From the NCBI GenBank assembly GCA_964016885.1, contig OZ024742.1, forward strand, positions 174,344,001-174,408,000: 64,000 nt of DNA, in the 5' to 3' direction. Under the pieces are notes generated by a model, which worked only from the letters and a program-made list of their open reading frames with translations, ran no database searches and was not told the DNA's origin. This DNA is from Eledone cirrhosa (taxonomy: Eukaryota). The translations under genes and the position numbers were made by a program. Below, piece after piece: positions 24,389 through 36,823 of this stretch (its first letter is position 1; every line of letters begins with the position of its first letter).

Positions 24389-25132
24389 TATATATATATG
24401 CTTGTGTTTGCTTGTTCATATATGTATGTTTACATGCATGAATGAATACACTAAGATTTAGATTTAGTAGAATGTACAACCACTGATTCCAGCTACTTGC
24501 ACTATCATATGTTTTGGTTTCTATTGATTCCCTGGGGGAATTGGTTGACCAAATGCTTGCTTAATTGTTTTCTTTATTTTTAAAAATATTTCATTCTTTC
24601 TCTTAGAATTCAGTTATTTTTTGAAAGCAAAGGATTTGCCCCTAAATTACTACAATGGGCTCTGCAATGCTACCGTGGGCCCCCTGGTGCCCACTTGCCA
24701 TTGGGCAACCTGGAAACCTGGCCAATCCACCACTGCATACATATACACATACGCACATACATAAGCAAGATGTGAGACAGCAACTCTGATTTCGTACTGA
24801 CTTGGTCTATGTCAGCATGGAAAAATGGTTGTTAAATGATTATGGTGATGATGATAATGAAAGTTGTATTTAGTAAGTATGGTTCTGAAAAGAAAAGCTT
24901 GGAGTATTAGATAAGCTTACTGTAAGTCACCAAGATCTGTCATTGGATACAATCTTGATCTGTCTATCTACCCATTGTGCATATGCCATATTACAAGAAG
25001 AAGATTTGGTACAGAAAAAACTGACTTACAGAGATTGAAGATTTTTATGAAGTGGAAGAAACCTTGAAAGTCACACAACCATGCTGTCGTCTGCACTTGC
25101 TGAATTAATTAACAGTACATTCACTGATGGTG

Positions 25133-25410
25133 TGTGGCCAAGTGATTAGGGTGTTGGATGTATAAACATAGTATCTTAGGTTCAGTTCCTGGATGGATTT
25201 GTGTGTTGTGCTCTTGAGCAAAACACTTCATTTGACATTTCTCCAGTATACTCAGATAAAAATGAATACCAGCCGTAACTGTGGACTTACATTTGTTATA
25301 GACTGGCGTCCTCTCCAGTGGGAGAGTGTTTTACTCTCAGTCCCCTAATGCCAAGAAAACCAGGATAAGCACCAACCTAATGGACGTCCAAGCTTAAGAC
25401 AGACTTTAGA
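25133..25410 (+). mobile_element. tRNA-derived SINE (second family)
   Basis: gtggccaagtgattagg (A box-like), ggttcagttcct (B box-like), gtgctcttgagcaaaacacttcattt core. Confidence 0.6.
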
Positions 25411-26249
25411 ACCCTCACTCCATCTGACACCAAAGCCATCTCAATTTAAGCGTCTGGTCGAAGAATCCAAAACTGGAATCAAATTTTATATCCAATATTG
25501 AAAAAAAAATGAATAAAGGAAAGTAGAATTTCCACTAAACACCATTCTATGTACCTTAGTCTTATAATAAATTCTGCTTTTAGCTAACCTTCCATATCCA
25601 GCAAGCTTTTATTAAATCATACTTTTTATTAATAGAAATCTAGTAAAATCTAGAGAAATTTTTAATATTTATTGGTTTCATTAGATGTTTTTAAAAACAT
25701 GATTATTTCAATAATTAAAAAATAAAAAGATTTCAAAATTAAAATATATTTTCGAATCAAATTTATTATTTCAGTCCAGTTTTCATTCCATCATATTTCT
25801 CATTAAAATATATTTCACTAATGTAATAAATAACTTTAAAGTAAACCTTATAGTTTCTTGTTTATATTTTATGGTTTAGAAACCTTATTTGTCAAAACAC
25901 TTTCCTCTTCCTTTTCTGTTCTTCGTGATTGGTTTCATTAATTGAGCTTCTTTATGTTTCTTAATATTTTCTTTTTTATACCTCATCATTCCACGCTTAC
26001 CTCCATCCTGGCATCCACACTTACATTGTATCCAATTTGTTGTTGGAATATCTTGTGAATATTGACTTAAAACCTTGAATACAAAATGAATTATATTTCA
26101 GCAGAAGTTAATATTCAGCATTCATCCCACTAATCATCTACTACACTAATCATTTAAGTTAGCCATTTAATAATATATTTACTGTTACCAGGACAAGGGA
26201 AAGATAGCAATCTGATTCATTGTTAGTTCTTCTTGTTATTTTAATATTA

Positions 26250-27115
26250 AGGTGGTGAATTAACAGAGCTGTTAAAACATTGGACAAATGCTCAGCAGTA
26301 TTTGTATTAGCTCTTTAGGTTCTGTGTTCAAATTCTGCTGAGGTCAACTTTGCCTTACTTTCCAGGTTGACAAAATAAAGTACTAGTCAAGTATGGAGGT
26401 TTATCCCATAGACCTTCTCCTCTCTACAAATTTCTGGGATGGTACCAACATTAGAAACAATTACTACTGTAATACTAAGGGTGATGGCATAACAGAATTA
26501 GTAAGGCATCAACCAAAATGCTTTGCTGTTATATCTTTTTAAATCCCTGTGTTCAAATTGCAGTTTGACCAATTTTATTTTTTATCTTTCCAGAAACGAT
26601 AAGTAAAGTACTATTGAAGTGTAGGGATCGATTTAATCAATTAACCCTTCCCTACTAAATTACTAGCCTTGTACCTAAATGAATATATATATTAAGGGAA
26701 GAATTATTAGAGTATTGGAGAAAATGATTTAGATTTCATTCCTGGACTTTACATTCTGAGTTTAAATCCAGCCAAAGTCATGTTAGCCTTTCATCCTTCT
26801 GGGATTGATAAAATGATATACCAGTTAAAAACTGGAGTCAATATGATTGACTATCTCTTTCTCCAGATTGCTGGCTTTGTTCCAATTATAGAAATAATTA
26901 TTATTATTAATAATAATAATATTGGTGGTGCATTGGCAGTATCGGTAAAGTGACAGACACCATGATTTGCAGCATAGAGTTATGGCCATTTACGTTCTAA
27001 TTTCAAATCCTGCCGAGGTTAATTTTGCCTTTCATCCTTACAGGGTCGCTAAAATAAAGTACCATAAATGCAATGGGATAATTACTGGTCTTGTGCCAAA
27101 AGTAGAAATAATTAT
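26250..27115 (+). mobile_element. Four tandem same-strand SINE copies of differing divergence
   Basis: Repeated B box/core/tail blocks at ~26250-26460, 26480-26680, 26700-26900 and 26927-27115, separated by ATT-rich linkers. Confidence 0.75.
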
Positions 27116-28069
27116 CAATAATATTATTAATACTATAATTTTAGTTTTGAGATAGTAGATGTGATTCATTTGTCTCTTCCATATTAAAGATTGTTACTTA
27201 GTGCACCAAGCGTAACTACAAGGAAAAGCATTTTTCTTACTGGAATTTCTAAATAAGGAGGTAGGAATTTGTTTACATTAATTCTTCCTCATTTAGAGTA
27301 AAACAAAACAAAAATAAATTTTCCAGGAAAAAAGAAATTCTTTCCTATCACTCATAAACAAAGAATATGTTTACAGTGTTTGGAAACACCCACACATAAA
27401 ATTTGAATGAAAACACGCTTTATAGACATTATACAAAAACAAAATCTCAGTAGAATACATTTGTTTCATAACAAAAATTAAATAACTATTTTCTGACCGA
27501 CAATAACATACCATATCTTTCAGGTTATAAGATACACCAATGTATAAGGTACACTCTTCAACATCATCATTTTATGTCAGTTTTTCTATGCTTGCATGGG
27601 TTGGATTTCTTAATTTTTGACAAATTTTGGGGGGATTGACACCCTTGATATCACCAACCAAATTACAGCATAGACTGGATGTATTTTATCATGCCAGAAG
27701 CACTAGAGAGATCATCTGACGGGAATTAAGTGTCCTCTCTACCCTGTATCAGTTTTTATTCAGAGTTAGAACTCTCCTAGATAGGTTACCTCTGCTACAG
27801 CTTAATAGAGCATCCAGTGAATTCTTATTTCTTTAGAGCAAATGTCCTTTGATAGGCTGTCTTCTTAATAGAATATGGAGCTTCCATCTACTCTATCATT
27901 GTAGTGTTGTTGTTATTATTGATGATTATGTTGGTAGTGGTTCTGGTGGGGCTGGTGATGCTAAAATAAACTGACAACCATAAGAAGGTAAAAATACGAT
28001 CAAGAAGATTTGTTGCTGAATGACTAAAGATTACAAGAGGAGGACATAATGATTATAACTCTACTCAAT

Positions 28070-28260
28070 AATAATTATTATTTCTACGTTAGGTACAAGG
28101 CCAGCAGTTTTTTGTGGGAGGGGAAAGTCAATTAAACTGATCCCAGTGCATAACTGGTACTTTATTTTATCGACGACCCCATAAGGATGAAAGGCAAAGC
28201 CGATAATAAATGCTGTAAAACATTTCACCAGACACTCTAACAAATATGTCAATTCACCAG
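28070..28260 (-). mobile_element. tRNA-derived SINE (main family variant)
   Basis: tttctacgttaggtacaaggccagca...ggtactttattttatcgac...ggatgaaaggcaaag. Confidence 0.75.
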
Positions 28261-29040
28261 TGTCATAAGAAAATTAATAATAAAGATTTTTTTAATTAAC
28301 CATAGAGGGTTCACATCAAGAAAATGTGTAGAGAATTATAACAAAAGTAATGAAACATAAAATTTCCAACAAAAACAAATTTCCCAATAGAGGGGAAACT
28401 TCTGAAGGTCACTCATGGAGAAAACCCACATTCACCCACAGTCATGCTCACCAGTAGGGCAGGTTCCCCCTCACAGATGTCCTCTAATCTACAGGCACAC
28501 ATTCAGAGCAGACCTATTCACTAAGGCCATGCTTGCCACTCTCACCCACCTTTTAAAAAACTGCTTAGAAGCTAGAACTGCTCTCTCCACTGCCATTTTC
28601 CTCTTTAAGCTTTTTTTGTACTAAACATCACCACATAACAAGGTTAGGGGTTACATGACAAGATGTATATGGAGAAAAGGATGATATTGGGAAATGGAAG
28701 AGTGATTGCCATGAGTAAATGAAGAATGGACTGGGAGTTTGGATGAAATTATGATATGGAGATGTATTTATTGCCCTTTTTTCTATTTTCGGTTTAAATT
28801 GGTTCTTGTAAAGATATAGTCATATATTTTCTTGAATGATAGTGTAATTTGAAAAGGTTCACCAGGGTTTTGATGAAGAGGAGAGTTCTTGTCTTTAAAC
28901 CTTTCAAATACGTCTACCCAGCTGATGATAACTGCCTATTTATCCTGGCTATAGGATGGCACTATCTTCAGGATAGAATTAGCTGATAGCCAGGTCCATT
29001 CTACATGTCACATGAGGTTGTTATCAAAAATAATAAAAAA

Positions 29041-29407
29041 AAGATCTTGTGGGACTCTGTGATACAGTGTGAACAGGAGATTAAACATAGTAGACCAGAT
29101 ATTGTATTAATTGAGAAAGAAAGCAAATAGTGTTGGATCATAGATATAGCTTGCCCAGCTGATAACAAAGTATGTGATAAAGAAGAAAAACAATTGTTGG
29201 ATATGACAGGTTAGCTTGGGAGGTTAAGCAGTTCTGGTCATGGGAAAAGTGGTAGTAATAGCAATAATAGTTAGAGACTTGGGAACAGTGAGTAAAGATC
29301 TTGAGATTTATATTAGACAAATAGGGATAGCAATACGAATAGAACATTTACAAAAAACAGCATTGCTTGGAACAGCTCAAATTCTCTGGAGGGTACTTGA
29401 AAAATAA
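29041..29407 (+). mobile_element. 3' fragment of an REL non-LTR retrotransposon (R4/NeSL-like), with stops
   Basis: Manual translation KILWD...HSRPDIVLIEK...CWIIDIACP...KEEK...LQKTALLGTAQIL; a related tail (IQKIALLGTAH) lies at ~43915-44005. Confidence 0.75.
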
Positions 29408-29967
29408 ATGATATTTCCTCAGTTCACTGGTAGTGAACAGATAACGCTATAATACATCTCCAACATTAGAAGCTGAGTGGAAAAATAATAACAATGATAA
29501 TAATAATGGTGGTGGGGATGGTGACTATGAAGATGATGTCAATAATGAAGAATATGATAGTGATAATGATGGGGAGAAAGCGGAGTATGATGAAATCAAC
29601 CAATGATCATGACGATTATATTGAATATTATTGTGATGAATATGTCAAAGAAATTATTTATCTGATGTCTCCCAGGAGAGGGCTGGCAGACAGAAGAGGA
29701 CACGGTACATTCACCTCAAGACTCAAGAGATTCAGCATTATTATGACACCAGTAAGTGACATACGTAAATTATTAAAATATTGATGTCATCAAATATAAT
29801 ATTGAAATTCACCTTAGAATACGATGTTAATGAATTATTGAATATCTTGCAGCATTTGTTGTAGACTGGTGTGGAATACACTTCAGGGACAAAATGCACC
29901 AACATATATACACAGATATGCTTACAAAAACTGAAAAAGGTACAGCTCCCTTGACATTTGTAAAATA

Positions 29968-30030
29968 TTTTGATCTTCAGAGTTGTTGAAGCATGGAACA
30001 AACTACCTGCATCAGTTGTTAGCTGCATCA
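29968..30030 (+). mobile_element. CR1/L2-like LINE C-terminal remnant
   Basis: FRVVEAWNKLPASVV motif. Confidence 0.55.
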
Positions 30031-30499
30031 TTCAATGCAATGTTTTCCAAAATCCGACAACATTACATCTGATATTCCCCTCCATACAGATGCACGCATG
30101 TGTGTGTGTGTGTGTGTGTCTGTGTGTCTGTGTGTATATCATGACTCATATACTGTCCACTTTCCTGACATTTGTACATTATTCTATGTACTATAAATAC
30201 ACCTTTGATGAGTTGTAGTGTAACTGAGCACTGTACACAATAAGTTTCATTATTTATATATATATATATATATACATACGGCGGTGTCACAATAACATGC
30301 ATCCAGTACACACTGTAAAAGTTAGTGCTAATGCCATGATAGAATACACTCCACACATTCTGTAAAGTTGAACTGTTGGTATCATGATAAAATGCAATCA
30401 GTACATGGTCATAGCTTTGTCTGCATTCCAATGAATTATTGCTGCTATTTTATCAAGTCTACATATTTGTACTCTTTTTGAGTTTATTGGGAGCATAAT

Positions 30500-30660
30500 A
30501 TTATTATTATTTTTGTTACATCCTCTGTTTTTGTTTTTTACACGCAGAAATGCCCATTTGTACCGTCCTGTATTGTCCTGCACTATCCTTAATGTCTACT
30601 TTATGTAAACCCTTGTGGTTAATAAAGAAATCATATTATTATTATTATTATCATTATTTT
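30500..30660 (+). mobile_element. 3' UTR fragment of the L1/Tx1-type LINE
   Basis: gcagaaatgcccatttgtaccgtcctgtattgtc...cccttgtggttaataaagaaa + (ATT)n matches 34515-34628. Confidence 0.85.
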
Positions 30661-30689
30661 TATTATAACTTGTTGTTATTATTATGAGA

Positions 30690-33600
30690 TGGCAGTAACT
30701 ACGGCGGAGTAAGTTAGTTGAATGTTGGGCACAGAAAACATACATAGCCCGGGGATCGAGATATGGCACTGTGAATGTGCTCTTGCTACACCAGAAGAAG
30801 CTAGAGCACACTCCATTGCGCCACTCCACAGTGACAAAATCATAATGATGCCCACATACTGCGGCCAGAGAGTGGTGAGGGTTTGAGTGGACCTCAGTGG
30901 AGATGGCGTGGTTGACGGCGGACGACCTCACTGACGTTGAAGATTCAACAACCATACTCAACGTCATGCGAATAATCCATGAAAATTGGACAGGGACGGG
31001 GATGGAGCTAATCATGCAAGCAAACCATGAGAGCATTGAGGCCATCCCCGATGTAATAGACCTGGACGACGGCAGCCATCTACCTGTTACTGTCGAAGGT
31101 AGAAGCCTAAGGTGTCATGGATGCGGTGACAAGACATTCTGCCCCAAACTCACCAAATAAGGCACGCGCCCACCCCTTCTCTCCACGCCGTGCCCCGTAA
31201 CTGGAGCGGACAAACAAACAAAGACCACAGTGGCAGAATAGAAATCACCATCCCCAACAACAAAAGCACTATCTCTTCCACCACCCACAGAACCAATGGA
31301 AAGCATACCCCTTCCTGATATAGCTAAATCAGACAAGGAGTGCGATGAGGCCTAAGAATAGAGAAATATTCCAACAAAAAAAGGAAGAACTCCCTACCTT
31401 CACCCCCTCCCCCCCCAAAAAAAATAGGAAGAAAGAACCCTAAAAAAAGAAGATGAAAAGTACCCCAACTCCTCCACCTACACCTTCACCACCAACAAGA
31501 CTAATGCCACTACCACCACCACCCTTAGCATATACCCCATCGCCACCTCCAACAACACGACAGCAAACACAGAAATCACCAACACCCAAACAGCAGACAC
31601 AATACACAGCCATATACACAGACAACACAAAGCTTTTAAATTACATGTCGTTCCGGAGAAGTCTGGAACTTCTTGGACCCAGAGGGTAAGTTGGTGGTAT
31701 TGGACGTCACCAGCAGAGAAGGACTAGTGGTTGCCTATGCCCCAACAGGAGCACGATGGCCTGAATTCTTCCGGCGTCTGCAGACCTTTCTTGGAACGTC
31801 TCGTTCTCTAGTGTTAGTGGGCAACTGGAACGGGATCTTAGATGCATGCTGGGATTGTGTGGGATTAGCGGGTTTAAGCCTCACAAATCTACTCAGGCGT
31901 TTTCAACTGTCGGCAGGTACCGATTGGATTTCCCGAATGTGCCAATGTGGACTTGGACAAACCGTATCGGGTCATCCAGATCGTCAACAACAAATGGTGG
32001 TTTGCCCTGAAAAGAGCGATTAGAATAGAGTCCATTAGGCTTAGTAAAGCACTAGTAACAGAGAAAAATAGAGCAGAAGGAAATCTAGTTAAGAAATTAG
32101 CCGAGGCGCTTAGTAAAGGCATCGATACCGACATGCTTGCGGCAAAATTGGCTCTCGACCAATTGTTCAACGCTAAGCACGAAGGCTGCGTTGTCAGAGC
32201 TAGGGCGCGTGCTCTCAGACTGAAGGGACAAAAGCCGTTCAATGGGCCCGGGTTGCGGGAGAGCGTCTTGGCAACAAAGCCACGATCTGGTCTTTGGCGA
32301 ACCACGACGGGAACATGATACTCGATCCCAGGCAGATGTGTACGGCTGTTCAGCAGCAGTTTGCTCAGCTATTCGGATGGAGTGGTTAAATTGCTAGGGG
32401 TCTGGTTCGGTCCGGACCTCCAGACGGACAAAAACTGGGACGAGGTCACGAGCAAGGTGTTTTCTCTCACCCAAAAATGGGCCTAGAGGAAGCTATCCCT
32501 GAAAGGTCGAGTGGAGGTGGCGAATGCGAACATCGCGTACGTCATCTACTACTGCCTGACTGTCGTGCCTTGTCCTAAGCCTCGCCTGACTGCACTGGAG
32601 CGTTTTCTCTTTCGCTTTTTGTTGAAGGGACGTGCTCCGATGGTCACGCTACGGCATCTCCACCTCTTCATTGACGGTCATTAGGTGTGGTGGCCCTTTG
32701 CTAGACACATGTTTTCCTAGCTTGTCTCCTTGGTGGAGCTGCAGTTATGGGTCAAGCGAAGACCGAGAGGAAGCGCTTGGAGACTAGAATGTCTTCAGGC
32801 GTTTACAGCCTTCGACCAGTCGAGCAACACAATCACTGGAAACTCCACCTTGGCTTTCTATAGAGGATTAGTGGAAGAAAAGAGCAACGATGTCCTTGGG
32901 GAGACTCTAGGCGTCGACTAAAACCAACTAGCCAATCTCTTCGGGAGAACTTTCGGGCCGGTGCCCATGGACAACTTCCAGAAATCCCTGGCCTGGCAGT
33001 GCTACCGAGGAGCCTTGCCAGTTTGGGATAGACTCTACAGGCACGGAAGTGCCGGCAGATGAGCCTGTCCGAGATACGCACAGGGCGATGAAACTGTCCT
33101 GCATGCACTCATCCAGTGTCCGAGCGTTGCTGACTTGTGGGTTTATGCCGAACACCTGCTGTCACGTGTAGAATAGATCCGGCTATCAGCTGAGTCCATC
33201 GTGAAGATTTCCCCGCCCCCTTCCTTTAGTCGAGAAGGGCAGGCAGTTTTTATCTGCCTGGTGGCCATGGTAAAAGTGATTGTATTGTGGACACATCTGA
33301 AAGGGTTGAAGACCGATACTTTCCCCTTCAGTGAAACTGTCATAAACTTTTTCAGGTTTCACCTGAAGAGGAAAGTCAGGGTGGAGAGGGAAGTGCTGAC
33401 CTCCAGCCAGTTTGTTGAAAGGTGGTGAGAGAGGCAAGAATGGCCCGTGTAAATGGGTCTACCCTGAGCGTGTGCCTGTAGTATTGTAGGAAGAAAACTG
33501 GAAGAGGGCATTTGCCCTAGCGGTCAGGGTAACCGTGGCTTTTCTTGTGGGCTTTCTCCACGAGCAACCCTCGGAGGTCTCTCCCCTATTGGGAATTTTT

Positions 33601-33737
33601 CATTGTTTCCTTTTGTCACACTCTGTTTTTTTTTTTTTTTACATGCAGAAATGCCCATTTGTATTGTCCTGTGTTGTCCTTAATGTTATAATTTGTGCCA
33701 ACCCTTGTGGTTATAAAGAAAGCATTATTATTATATT
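30690..33737 (+). mobile_element. Internally deleted, decayed L1/Tx1-type LINE copy
   Basis: ORF1-like 30897..31160, endonuclease piece 31673.., KHEGCVVRA 31947.., C-terminal part 32390-33480, 3' UTR and (ATT)n; homologous to 34629-40555. Confidence 0.88.
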
Positions 33738-34628
33738 ACTGGAATGTCTTCAGGCGCTCACAGCCCTCGACCAATCGGGCAATGTGATCGGTGGAAGCTC
33801 CACCTTGGCGTTCTATAGAGGATTAGTGGTGGGGAAGAGCGACGACGTACTTGGGGAAACTCTAGGCATCGACGAAAATCAACTAGCCAATCTCTTTGGA
33901 AGAACTTTCGGGCCGGGGCCTATGGACAACTTCCAGAAATCCCTGGCCTCGCAGTGCTACCGAGGAGCTTTGCCAGTTCGGGATAAACTCTACAGGCATG
34001 GAGGTGCCGTCAGCCGGGCATGTCCGAGATGCGCGTAGGGCGATAAAACCCTCCTGCATGCACTCATCCAGTGTCCGAGCATTGCTGACTTGTGGGTTTA
34101 TGTTGAACACCTTCTGTCGCGTGTAGAATGGATCTGACTATCAGCTGAGTCCATCGTGAGTATTGCGCCGTCTGAAAGGGCCGAAGATGAGCACTTACCT
34201 CTTCGGTAATGCCCTGATTAACTTTTTCTAATTTCATTTGAAAAGGAAAAACAGAGTAAAGAGGGAAGTGCTCTCTTCCCAGCTTTTTGTTGAAAGATGG
34301 GTGAGAGAGGCAAGAATGGCCCGAGTGAATGGACCTACTCTGAGTATATGCCTGTAAATTGAAGGTGGAAAACTGGGAGAGGACAATTGCGCTGGTGGTC
34401 AGGGTCACCGTGGCTTTTTTTAATGGGTTTTCTCCACGATGGCCCTTGGATGTCTTCCCCATATTGGTGAATTTTCCATTGTTCTTGTATTACATCCTCT
34501 GCTTTTTGCTTTTTTACATGCAGAAATGCCCATTTGTACCGTCCTGTATTGTCATGTACTGTCCTTAATGTCTACTTTGTGTAAACCCTTGTGGTTAATA
34601 AAGAAAGCATTATTATTATCATTATTAT
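33738..34628 (+). mobile_element. 5'-truncated L1/Tx1-type LINE copy
   Basis: LECLQALTAL...MDNFQKSLA.QCYRGALPVRDKL...CPRC, 3' UTR and (ATT)n tail. Confidence 0.9.
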
Positions 34629-34947
34629 GGCCGCACATGTGTGAAGACAGACAAGTCTGCGGGGAAAAGGTTCGTAGCTTTAAGCTGTTTTAAAGTGTCT
34701 TTTTTTGTATTTTCTTGTCATTAACGAAACTTAAGGTACACATCTTGATTTAAAGAGAGGGATACCTCTCAATATTCGGGCTTTAAGCCCGAATATTCAG
34801 ATTTATTTTTTAAAATCTTCGAAAAAAATCGCTTCCCCACCAAAAGAAAATTATGGAAATTTTCGACCTTGAAACGGTAAACAACGTTCAGGTCAAAAGT
34901 TTAAAGGCAGCCACTGCAGTTTCACCACGACTACGACGGCTACAGTC

Positions 34948-36400
34948 ATGCCTGTCATCCACTCTACTGAATGTGAAGGCAAAACTAAAAAGCTACCATC
35001 ACAACCTTCTGCCATAGCAGCAGTATCATCTGAAAACGACATCACCACCACCGCCACCACCACAACAACAACAACTCAGAGCCATAACGACAAAAACACC
35101 GACAGCTTCAATGTAAACAAGGATGGCGGTGGCAACAGCAAGAATGACAACAACAACAATAAGAGCATCAGAAACACCACATTTGCTGCAGCAGCAGCAG
35201 CAAAAACAAAGCGCTTATTGAATATCGATATTGATATTAGCGATAAAGACGAACAGTTGGCCAAAGCGTGGAGGCTAATTAAACGGGAGAAGTCCTGGGA
35301 AAACCTGACCATCCCGGACGAGGCAATTGCGGCTATGCAAAGGAGGACGGTGCTCTTTCGATGTATTTCGGTGCAGACACGAAAAGTGGAACTTGCGAGC
35401 CAAGCAGAGGTAGAGGCTGCTTGGAGTACATCGGAAGTAACATAGAGTACAAAGCAAGAGGCAAACAGTTCGGTACCATCTCGGTACTGTTCAAATCCGA
35501 GGCCCTCGCTATTAAGCACTCGGTGATCCCCTGCAGAACGGAACGCATTATCATGCATCCGTCCTATATGGGTAAAAGGACAGTGAAGGTACGCATTCCC
35601 AGCATCCCACCAGGAATGAACATATGGTGGCTGCTGGGATGCGTAATCGAGGAGGGGACAGACACCACCCTCCTGGACATCAAAAGGACAGAGAGAGAAG
35701 ACTGGTCCGGAATGGATTTGGAGATTCTTCTCCAAATGAAACCGGAGGATATAAATAACATCCCAGATTTTGCCCGCCTGCAGGACGGGACAACAATCCA
35801 ACTAATGATTGACGGAAGAAGGCCACGTTGCTTCGTTTGCGGGGAAGCCACGCATCTTCAAGCCTTCTGCCCTCATCGCAAAAATGCAGGGGGTCGCAAA
35901 CCTCCTTTGTTGCCAACGCCAGTGTCAGCACGGAAAGCTGCACCACCACCACCACCAAAAACAACATCAACAAAAACACGGACACCAACATCAAAAGCAG
36001 CCGGATCACCACCAACACCAAAACCAATCCAAGGAGAAAACGAGGAAAGCTCTCCCACTCCCCCCCCCCCCCAACTATATACATAGACAAAAAAAAATAA
36101 ACGCACACACAGACACAGAGACACTCACAGACACAGACCCTTTGTCTTCCAGCAGCGAAGATGAAGGAAAACCCAAAAGTGCAAAAAAACAGAGAAAACT
36201 CACAAAAAAAAAAGCCCCAACAAAACACAAAAACACACACAACAAAAAATACAGACACCACTAACGCAGACACTTCCCCAATAACATCAGCACCATCAGC
36301 AACATCGACACCACCTCCACAATCCCCGAAACGCAAACAACCTAAACAAAACACAAGTACAAATAAACACACAAATACCTGAAATTGCAGACACCACACC
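34948..36400 (+). pseudogene. LINE ORF1 (gag-like, CCHC zinc knuckle, Pro/Thr/Lys-rich tail), frameshifted
   Basis: ORFs 34948..35445 and 35361..36086; CX2CX4HX4C. Confidence 0.8.
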
Positions 36401-36823
36401 TACAACAAACATAGACATACCCGAAACAACACCACCAAAACCATCGCCACCACCTTCACCAAAACGAAAACAAATAAAACCACACCAACAAAATGTTAAA
36501 AACTTCGTGCCAAGGGCCAACGATAAACTAATGGCCCTCTTAGCACGAAGCGAGGACATTCAAACAGAGGGGGAGATTTTTGAAATGAGCACATTTTGCG
36601 TGCCAGAAGATTTGCTTCTGGTCCGAATGTCACTCAATTCCTTCAAAGAAATTCGAGAGAGCTTTCCTCAAGACGTGGGAAACCCGAATGTGAAACCCAC
36701 ATCAAGACTTTTAAAGGGGTTCCCAAAAGAAACCCCACCAACCATGGAGGTCAAACCACCCGACCTTCACAAGACCCGGGAGGTAAGTAAACCTTCCCTC
36801 TCTCTCTCTCTTAGCTTACCAAT

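Noticed and set aside
35076-36399. Long antisense ORFs (241 and 239 aa) over LINE ORF1
   Set aside because: Shadow ORFs of a compositionally biased coding strand, with no motifs
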